Part shown: piece by piece, positions 1 through 10,500 of the stretch
Position numbering within the stretch: position 1 is the stretch's first letter
How the letters are laid out: every line of letters begins with the position of its first letter
NCBI GenBank assembly: GCA_964247055.1
Contig: OZ176052.1
Coordinates: forward strand, 3,844,001-3,908,000
Origin: Paragordius varius
Lineage: Eukaryota > Animalia > Nematomorpha
Direction of reading: 5' to 3'
DNA length: 64,000 nt
Program-made: the position numbers and the translations under genes
Notes under the pieces: generated by a model
Told to the model about the DNA's origin: nothing
Seen by the model: only the letters and a program-made list of their open reading frames with translations
Database searches by the model: none

Positions 1-524
1 AGTTTTTAGCGGGTAGCTCCTTACCCGCAGCTATCATGAAAGAAACGCTTGACTAAAATTTTTGACTTTTATCAGGGAATACGTGGAATCCATATTGAAT
101 TATTACGGTCTCATACCTAGGGCGAAAAATAGATTTAAAAAATTATTTTTGTGGACTTTGTTTTTTGAAAAAATGGCATTTTACGGGGGGAGCGGGTAAA
201 AAGAGGGCCTAAATCAAAAAAGCGAGACGACTATGTTCGGCGCAATCGAAAATAAATTAACAAAAATTATATTGGAAATTTAATGGTCCAACACGTTCTC
301 CAGAAAATTGAAGACACGATTTTTGTGGACTTCTGTTTTCAAAAAAAACCCGTTTTTCACACGGGGTGGGCCGAACTGGGGGCCTATTTCAAAAAAAGGG
401 CGAAGCTATTGTCGGGGCATTCATTAATGATTATATTTTTTCGATGTTTGGATTTGAATGGGTCTACCGGTTTTCCGGTACCAGATCACAAAGCCAGCAT
501 TTTCCATTTTTATAAATATATAGA
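1..524 (-). mobile_element. Non-autonomous Helitron (family A), 5' part, cut off by the window edge
   Basis: The reverse complement begins A|TCTATATATTTATAAAAATGGAAAA at 524, a Helitron-type TC start after A. Positions 1-524 align in reverse with 45296-45733, and this copy has an extra ~80 bp near 361-440. Confidence 0.8.
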
Positions 525-954
525 TATTTGTTGGCCACTTCAAGTCTCGTATAAGGTGCTCTTTATGTCGTGTTTTTGCACACTTTTGTTTAATTATAAA
601 ACATCATAAATCTTGGTCTAAATTTTAAAATAATGCTGTTTTATAATACTTGTTATGTTGTCAAAATCGCTAACATCTTGTCAAATGTATTGGAATCAAT
701 ACAATTTCTATTTTTACAGTTAGATGAGTTTGAGTTTCAAATAAACATTTGATAAATACCATATTTAAATGTATTAATTTAAATAAATATTTAAAAGTTT
801 AAAACTGAAGATTTACCTTTTTTCACAGGTCTTACAAACAAAACTTATTTATGACAGTTTGACAGGTAAAAAAATACAAATAAAATTGACATGACATTGA
901 TCGATTTTCCAAAACAAATCATTTTGTGGATGTTGTTATCATGTCTAAAAAATC

Positions 955-962
955 TATATAAA
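955..962 (+). promoter_or_regulatory. Candidate TATA box of the secreted micro-exon gene
   Basis: TATATAAA followed by GG, ~90 nt upstream of the ATG at 1050. An AATAAA at 2053-2058 lies downstream of the stop. The AT-rich background makes chance matches likely. Confidence 0.35.
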
Positions 963-1049
963 GGCAAATTTTTTTATAGTTTTCACTTTTTAAAATTATT
1001 AAACCCTTAAACTTTTAAATCTCTTATCTCGTTTCTTATCAACTATAAA

Positions 1050-1917
1050 ATGGCCCGTTTTCTTCTTTGCTTAGTAAGTGGTTTCTTGCTCGCAGTTGCC
1101 GGAGTTTTCGGACAAAGTAAACCCCCATTTTTAAATAACATTTTAATTTAAAATTATAAAAAAATTGTGATTTAATTACTCTTAAACTTCCATTCATCGA
1201 TATAAATATTATCCAATTTTCTATATTTATTAGTACCGAATATCGGAGGCATAGTGGGGTCTATTGGTGGTGGAATTCCAGGTATATCATTTTTTTTATA
1301 TTTTACACAATACTATATATATATATATATGATTTCTATATTGGATATTATCGCTTTAGGCGTACCTGGTGTACCTAGCCTTCCTAAATTACCATCCCTT
1401 CCAATTCCAAGTATATATACAATAATCATATAATAAATATATTTTCTAGTTCTCCTTTTTTAACATTTGAATATTATTATTTTTATTTTTAAGGTGTACC
1501 TAAAGTCCCGTCTCTTGCAGGTATGCGTTTATATCGTTAAAATATTTTTGAATTGACTTTTCATTTAAATTTTCATTTGAAATAATTTATCAAACATTTA
1601 AACAAAATGCAAATATATTTGAGCACATCTATATACTCGAAAAATATCATTTGCCAATATTTTTTCCCAAAACATATTTGCCTTTTAGTTCCATCCGTGC
1701 CAAAAGTTCCAAGTATTCCAGGTACTTAATTTTATAATTTTTCACTTATTATTTTTATTCTTAATTATTAAATTACCAATCATTAAATAATTATCTTTTT
1801 TAGCCGCTCCTAAATTGCCCGCTGCCCCAAAACCTTCACGTAAAATATCAGCTAATTCTAATTTTTATTTTATGTTTTTGATTATAAATCATTTTACATA
1901 TTTTTATAGTTGGCTAA
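1050..1917 (+). CDS. Small secreted Gly/Pro-rich protein (89 aa) encoded by 7 micro-exons
   Basis: Exons 1050-1116, 1234-1281, 1360-1410, 1494-1520, 1689-1721, 1804-1839, 1910-1917 are all GT-AG and all introns are phase 1. They join to MARFLLCLVSGFLLAVAGVFGQ-IPNIGGIVGSIGGGIP-GVPGVPSLPKLPSLPIP-SVPKVPSLA-VPSVPKVPSIP-AAPKLPAAPKPS-LG*. The N-terminus is hydrophobic and signal-peptide-like, and the exons are GC-rich against AT-rich introns. Confidence 0.85.
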
Positions 1918-3727
1918 ATTGATGGAGATTCAACGATGCTACACAATTCCTAAATTCCTGATTTTTATTGTCTCATTTTATAAAAGAATTTTTCCAAAAA
2001 AACTTTATATTTTATTTTAATTTTACATAAATCATTGTAATTCTCAAAATTTAATAAATAGATTCATTACGCATATTATATACTATGTCACATATAGTGT
2101 TGTTATAACTTAAAGTCGATTTGTTGCAATTTCGTAAGTTTACTTTTGCCCGGTTGTACGGTTAGGTGTGACTGTTAGCTTGGTTTCTTTAGTTTAATTA
2201 TGAATCAAAAGGCGTTTTGCACCTACCGCGTTTTCTAGATGCTGACATACATATAATTCTTAAAATCAATCAATCAGAGTTTTTTTTATCTAATTTTATA
2301 AAAATATATGCAAGTGAGTTTTGAAAATGATTGAAATAAAAAACGACAAGTATTTTACTTCACATGCGATAAATATAATATTGAGGCTAAATAGAGTTGT
2401 TGAAGGTAACTGCATCAAACAGGGAGCCCAATGCGCCTTTTAACAGTGAAGTTTACTACGCGTTTTATATGGAAAAAATATTAAATAGCTGCTAAAAAGC
2501 ACCTATTAATAATGAATATGTAAAAATTAACCGGCTTCGAGTAAATTAATTACGTTTGAATCAAACAGGTTATTTATAAAATATAATATTTAAAATATAA
2601 GCCATATTTATCAAAGCATTTTATACCAAAATTAAGAGTATTAAATTCTTATTGTTTCAAATCCAAGATACCGGGGTGTATTTTTTAAGTTATCATTAAT
2701 TTTCTTTTGTTTTTAGTTAATCCATTGAAAAAGACACTATCTTATATCGAAAATTTTGTATATAGTTAAATTTAATAAATTTTACGAAAATTCAAATTAT
2801 TATTTTAACATAAAATATTCGTTCTCGTTGACAATACTAATAAAAAATAGGTACTTTTATAGATGTATCTAAAATAAAAAATTCAGTAAGTTTTCTTTAT
2901 ATCTAAAATTAATAAATCATCAAATGAAAATTAACACTTGATTAAATTTTTGTCTTTAGACGATTACGTTTTCGGGTAGTTTTACATAGAGCCTGAAATT
3001 GTATATAAACTGTTGTGGTTTCAATTAATTTATCAGATATTGGTATCTCGTAACCTAATATTTTTATGGCATTCTAACTTCTAGCGTGCGTAAATTGAGA
3101 TAGCTCGAAAATCCAATTGAAACAAACAGCTGTTATAAACTTAATTGATATCCCAAAATTTATTGTTTTAAATTTTTAACCATAATATATTCATTGCTTG
3201 TTGTTTTAGAAATCTAAAACAAATCCAAAAATGCGGCGTAAAAGATTTTGGGGTTTTTTACAATTTTACATTTTTGGAAATATATTTGTGAATCAAACTC
3301 CTACATGACTAAAAAGCATATTTTTAAGTTTGACCCAACATCTCAAATACTATTTATGATATTTAAATTTGAAATCCTTTAGGGCAAAACACCTAAAAGG
3401 TAGTGAATTAAGACGCATAACAGGAATGACAATATAAGGATATTTAAACGCTTGCTAAAACCCCGCAAAACACAATCATTTAAAACGCTAAACGCCAAAT
3501 TACATTTATTTAAAACTTTTAACCTTTTTATTTCTTTGTCCGCGATGAGATATTGGGGTATTTATATCCAAGAAAAATTTAAATAAACTACTGTTTTGAA
3601 ATTAGTTTAAATTTAATTATCTAATAACATCTGAATTATATAACGTTATATGTTTTACAGTTTTGTGACTTCTGGAGTCTAAAATCGGGACAGCACCAAA
3701 ACACGATTAAAGCCCTGAAGAATGATT

Positions 3728-3826
3728 GACGTCCCCCTGCCCTGAGGCGCGTAAAAGCGTAGGAAGGCGGTAAGGGTCGTCCTGTGCGGACAGTGACGGT
3801 AGGGAGCAAGCCTGTCACACCCTTTT
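3728..3826. other. GC-rich, hairpin-forming island of unknown function (candidate ncRNA or TE fragment)
   Basis: Pairings visible by eye: GACG/CGTC, CCC/GGG, CTGCC/GGCGG, CGC-GTAAAA-GCG (3728-3781); CTGT-GCGG-ACAG (3782-3793); TGAC..AGG-GAGCAAG-CCT-GTCA (3794-3817). These are followed by TTTT. Confidence 0.35.
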
Positions 3827-4543
3827 CTGGAAACCTGGATACCAAACAGCTGATTATATCAATCAATATCAAGGTTTTTTTGGGAAAATACTGCGTCCAC
3901 AAATTTGACCTGTTAAAATAGATATATTTTGATAGGAAAATATATCAAGATTATCTTTGTGCTTTTGGTTTTGGTGCCGTTATAAGAATGTTATTTACAC
4001 TTTTGTGTTAAGCCTCCATATCTGAAAATGGCATGATTCGAGGACAATTTTAGTAAAAAAGTTTTATGTGTTTAGTCAAAGAATGCTTCATTTCAAAAAA
4101 TATCACTAAAATATATCATAAACTACCTATAATAAGGAATGTTATTAAAATATTTCAATTCTTAGATGTGGTCTCCTAAAGTTCGGATTTTTTTTCGATC
4201 TTACCCCTGATTTTGGACACAGCGCAACCTGAAACTTACTATAGGAATTTTCATTTTCCAACCATAATATATAATTATTTGCCTCTTGTAATAGCGACAA
4301 AAAAATTTAAGAAAAATTGCTGCGAAAAATTTGAAAGGAGGATTTTATCACAATTTGTATTTAAAAAAATTGTACCATGCGCTTTAAAAACTAAAGAGCA
4401 TTTATATTCGGCTTATCCCCTTTTTTAATATATCTAAGTCCAATTCGCTCCTGGGATAACTACCCCAAAAGGTCATAATGTGTAATATTATATGTATTTT
4501 TTTGCATTTAAAATCAGCCTGGACCTTTCCAAATTCGACAATT

Positions 4544-7500
4544 ATGGTAATTTCAAAAATATAGTAATAGGATATTAGAAAATTTTTTGGACAAGGCCCT
4601 ACTGTTGAAAAGAAAAAAGAATCAATTATTTTATCTGACGACGAAGAAAATCCACTGCCTAAGAAATTAAAAATGAAAAAAACCTCTCATAACACTGTAT
4701 CTTCAGATGGTTTTTTTGTATTAATTCATAGATGAAAATCCCTTTGTAAATAAGAAACCAAAAAAGCAAAAAACTCAGAACATAACACCCACTGAATTTT
4801 TTAATCACAAAGTTTTTTTTATCCAATTTTAGATTAAATCAAGTTCTAAAATTATCAATAAGGACGATGAAATTACACCCAACATTGTTGTTAAAATAGA
4901 TAAAGGTATTTTAAATTGATAACCTATAGATCCTTTAACTGGCGGTGTAAGTGAAAAAAGAGTATATTTTTTTATTTTATTTTAATGAATATTTATTTTC
5001 ATTTTGGTAAAACTTTTTATTACATACATTTAATTTAGCCATTGTCAAAAAACTTTACGTTCCCGCTCCTCACTTCCAATCCTTAATATTACTTTAGCAT
5101 TAAATAGGGACTATTCTGTCATATATTATCTATTCATAAAATATATGAAAATTGATCTATGTAAAAAGCTATATAAATTTTAAAGTATTCGCGTCACTAT
5201 CTTCTTTTATTTACTCCTTTTTAAATCTAAATGCCTATATTCTTAAATATATAAATCATGTTGGCCCCTTGGTCCCGTTTTTTATTTTTTATGTGTACCA
5301 CATTGATTGATTAATAAATCTACTGTCAATTTTTTCCAAGTGTTTTCATAAAAACTTATCATATTTAGCAATATCAAAGTTTTGATTAATTTAATGGCCC
5401 CGATCTTTTTTTTAGTTTTTACGCGGCAACATGATCTAAAAAATCCGAATAGCATTCGCACCTGATAATCATTATTTTCTTCGTTTGTCACCACCCTAAT
5501 CTATTAGTATTAAATGATTAAACGTTTCTTTTCAGTATTTTTAAGGATTTGATATTTGGTTTTTAATTTATTCGTTTTAGATGTCAAGTTGTAACTTACA
5601 CATTACCTTAGCCATATTGCTACTGTTTAAATTTAAGATATTTAATTTAAATGCATATTAATGTGACATGCATTTATATTAAATTTCTTTTTTTATACAT
5701 TAAATCGATTTTTTTGGTATTTTTTATATTACCTCACGCTTTAATTACAAAGTGGCTTACTGAATTCGAAGTTTTTATCGGCATTGTTAATAAAATCATT
5801 TTTAAATAGTTTCAAACTAGTACAATATTTAAACGAAATTCCATATGACGTCAGATTTTTTGACACATGTTTCATTGGAGACACATTATGTAATAAGAAA
5901 TAACGTATCTTTGCTTCAAATAACTGAGTGGAAACAATTTAATGGTATCATTTGTGGTTTCTGCGATTCATTTAAGATTAATTAAACAGAATCAGTGTTA
6001 TTTTCCATTCTTTACAATTTTTTAGGTTTATATGAGATGTAAATATGAGGTGTCGTTTTTATACCCGAATCAACACCTAGGGACTTTTAATCTTATTAAT
6101 CTTTTTACAACATTTTATCACATAAAAGCATATAATATAAAGGATTTGAATTAAGATATAATTAATAGAATGGTACGGTGAAAGCCAACACCAAATCCAC
6201 AAAAACAAAAAAGAATGCAACAAAATCACAATTAAAATCACGCCAAAAAGGGGATACTGATGATGATGGTGAGGATTACGATATGGAAAATAATATTAAC
6301 GATGAAACTATTAGCTTATCTGATGAAAATGACAGCCTGACAAACACTGACCACAGCGAAAGCGATTTTTCAGATGACACCATTTCTAACAAGAATAAAA
6401 GGGCTAAAACTTCAAAAACAGCTGTGAAAAAGACTAAAAACATTGGTGGTGATCAAAATGCAAAAAGTATATTTTTTGCCATTAACCTATAAGTTTTTGT
6501 ATCTAGAGTTCTATTATACTATAAAATATTTGATTCGAATTATATATAATTTTACAGCGATAAAACTTACTTTAATCAAGGATATTTGATTTCCAATTAA
6601 TTATAAAAATAATATATAAAAAATTTTTTTTTGGTATTGAATTATTATTTTTTTACAATTTTTCTAATTGTTTAATTAATTATTTAATCAATATGATCTT
6701 TATAACCTGTCAATTAAAACATCTCTAGACCAAAATATATTTTATAATATCAAATATTATATTCCAAGAAAAACCATTAAAACCTGTGAAAACACCCGTC
6801 AAATCAGCAGTATCAACCAACAAAAAACGAGGTGATATAAAAAAGGAGCAGTCTGGAACACATGAAGTAAATGGTAAAAGTAATGAAATTGAGATAGAAG
6901 AAAACAATGAACAAACGCAATCATTTCCAATAGAATCACAGGATAAGAAGGTTGTTTCAGACGCTAAAGCGTTTTATCATGCTTTCAAACAACGGGAAGG
7001 TCCTAAAGCTTTAGGGACTCGAGAAATACCTCAAGTATATAAATAGTTATAAAGACAAAACGTAAAAAACCTCTTTAAAGAAAATTATTTTTTAACCTTA
7101 TCTTTTTCTTAATATGACCTATCGATTCGGGTGTTTACAAAATAGGGAAAAGAGATATAAATTGGTTACACTATCAATTATATACCATTTTGTAATTATA
7201 AAGATCATGTAGAAAAAAGTATGGCTGCCTTTATAGTTAAAAATTTGTCTTTTGTCATTATAAATTTAATTTTCATTGCAGGTTAGGTTGTATAGTTATT
7301 AGATAAGTTTATTACTTATAATGTATTGCAATTTATTTTTGGTTTAAACACTTTTATTTAAATTGTCCAATTAGGTTTTCCTACGAATTTGTGGTAAATT
7401 AATTGCATAGTTTCAAGTTTAGAAGTGTTTATTTAACATTCATCCATTAAGAATTAAGTCAATTAAATATTTAACACTTCGATTCAAATTGGGGTATCTA

Positions 7501-10500
7501 AATACCCAAGACTAAATTTAAATTATTATTTTTAAGAAATTACTGAAGGAAAGTCCCAATTTAAATTTATGCTTCTATGTTAATAAAAATTATATAAATA
7601 TGCCAAAATATCTTAATAAAATTTTGTTTTGAAAAAAAATTTCCATGTCAAATTACTTCGACGCCATTTTTATTTTAGAAAATTTTTGCAAAAATATCGT
7701 CTTCATTTAATTTTAAGGGTAAAATTAAAGCCAATTTTTTATTTAAATTACATCTAACATAAATAGAATTCGAAAGAGCGGTGTATTTTGTATTATTTTA
7801 TGAATTATAATTTCACACATGTCACGTTGACGAAATTGTTACCTTTCGGTCTCAGCTTAAATAAATATTATCAATTTTTGAATAAAATTTTATTATATAT
7901 TTCGGTTTATTTATGTTTTTTATATATGCAAAATTTTGCCATGATTTCGATTCCTTCCATACTTTTTAAAGTATTTGATTTTAAACAGGCCTGGGGTATC
8001 CAACTAGCCCAATTTGAATCGAAGGACTAAAAGTGTGTTGAATCCAAGTGTTAATATAGTTTTAAAATAAAAATTACTTTAAAAAACATCATGCGCCAAT
8101 ATCAAATTTAAATATAACTATTTTATGTTATTATAGTAAATATAATATTTTAATATATATTATGAAATAATTGGGAAAAGTTTGACATAAATTTGATATA
8201 GATTTTGGTTCTATAAAAAAATTATATTGAAATTGACCTATTTAGGGGCAAAAATTAAAATTTCAAATTGGTTTTGTATAATATTTCAAAAGGGTTAAAA
8301 CTAATAAAATAGGTTATATAAATTGGTTTTCCTTAAAGTTTTATAAAAAAAACCTAATAATTAATTAATTTTTCATCAAATTTGCCTATCTAGGGTGCCG
8401 AAAATTGTTTAGAGGGACTTACTTTTGTCGTCACAGGCATATTGGAAACAATGGAAAGAGATCAATGTAAGGAAACAATTGAAATGTATGGCGGTAAATT
8501 AACGCAAAGTATTTCAAAGAAAACTGATTACGTATTAGTTGGTCGAGAGCCGGGTCCAGCTAAAATACAAAAGGTTATACATTTTCGGCTAACAGCTAAT
8601 GGATTAAATTTATTTTTACGTGCATCTTAAAAATTTTGTTAATTTAATATATATATTATATATTATTTTACTTTATATACTTAAGAGTACGGATAGATCT
8701 AAAGTAAGAACGGATTTTTTTAAAATCAGTATGGGGTATTTTTATAATTTTAACTAGACCTGATTTATTTCCCAATATGTTAAATGTTAAGACTTACATA
8801 AATAAGATAAAAAATATTTAAGTATCAAATAAGTATAAATTTTGTGATATTTAATCTTTTTCCTATTTTAGATGAAATCTTTAGGGGTTAAAGAGTTGAA
8901 TGAAGAAACGTTTTACAAACTTTTAACCACTTTACCGGCCAAAGAATCAAAATGTTTGATATACAAACAGCCAACCCCGCTTAAAAGTAATGAGTTTTTC
9001 CTAATAATTCTGACGATTCTGTGATTTTCAATTAAATTTAACATTTTCATTAAATTCACTATGTTAGTATTGTTGCAAAATTGTAAAATATCCGTAAATA
9101 TTCATGAAATAATGCATTTTTAATTTTTTCCTTCTTATGATGTTTTGCGGCAAATATTTTTTATAATATTTATTTAGGCTACTTAGTTAACTTAAATTAT
9201 TTTATATAGTTAAAATTATATATTTAATTTTAATAAATCAAAATGCGTTTTTTTAAATAGAATATATATATATAGCAAATGTATTGAATTATATTAATTT
9301 ACTTAGCATCCCCTCAAAAAACTGTTTCAACTGTAATAAAACAAGAATATCCAATTGAATCTCCTAAAAAATTGATATCTAAACTAACTAACAAAGCGGA
9401 TTTGCTTATGAATGGACATCAAGTTTTTACGAATATTGAAATCATTTATATTGAGCATTTTATTTTTTATCTAAGCACATTGTGATAGATTTTGTCGTTT
9501 TTCTTAATATAATTATTAAAAATTTTAATGCATTTATCTTCAAAATGTCAGGACAAAAATATGATATATATATGACCTTATATATTAAAATGCGCTATAT
9601 GTATTTTCCTCTCTAGATTCTAACTCAAAAATCACCTAAAAGTGAAAATCTTTACAATGAAAGTTTTGAGAAAAAACCATTGAAAACGCACGCCAAAACA
9701 GAATCAAAAAGGGCTCCTATGTACCCCCCTGTGACTCCATTAATAACTAAACCGCATGAGCCTAGTCTTATGTGGGTCGATAAGTATAAACCCAAAACCA
9801 CAGCAGATATTATAGGGCAGCAAGGTAACTTTTTTATACGAAATAAAATCTTTTAATTACTCTATGAAAATACCTATCCAAATGTTTTTATAATCAGGAG
9901 AAAAAAGTAGTATGAGAAAGCTTAAAATTTGGTTGCATGATTGGTTTAGAAACAATCGAACCGTTATGGGAGGTGATAATGCAAAAAAAGCTACTGCCAT
10001 TAAAAAGGGTAAAATTTCGAGTATAGTGATCAAATTTGAACGTAATTTAAATATAAATTGTTAATTTCATCTTAGAAAGAATATAACTTATTTATTTGAT
10101 TAAAATTGCCAAAACAGATTTAAATATTTTATATGTTAATATGTTTAATAATATTCCAATTTTTATTTCATTGTCTTGATTTTAGGAACGGGTGGAGGAT
10201 TTTATAAGAGGGGTGCGATTGAGGATGGTTCCCAGTTTAAAGCGGCTTTGTTATCTGGCCCTCCAGGAATCGGTAAAACTACAACAGCTCTTTTGACTTG
10301 TAAGGTAAAATGTGGTTTATATTAACTTTTTATTTTACATAGGAACGTCTTAATACAGAAAAAATTATTTAGAAAAAGCTTAAATGTTGAATTTGTACAC
10401 TATATATGTAAATACTCAATTTTTCTTCATTAAAAATAATGAAATTATAATTGTTATGATGTGGTATATTCGTCGTGGCTTAAAAAGAGGGGCCATGAGT

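Noticed and set aside
283-609. 108-aa ORF in the ORF track
   Set aside because: It lies antisense within the Helitron, has no recognisable motif and is disrupted in the sister copy.
3895-3910. AAATTTGTGG (U1-type Sm site) on the minus strand
   Set aside because: No ATACTTACC 5' end or U1 stems are present upstream.
4547-4570. Stop-codon reassignment or readthrough as an alternative to the tiny introns
   Set aside because: All three stop types occur in the gaps (including TAG-TAA-TAG in a row), two gaps are not 3n, the gaps are bounded by GT-AG, and homology is colinear only when they are removed. Real termini use TAA or TAG normally.
5282-5494. 70-aa minus-strand ORF in RFC1 intron 5
   Set aside because: No ATG start, splice signals or recognisable motif; its composition is like the background.
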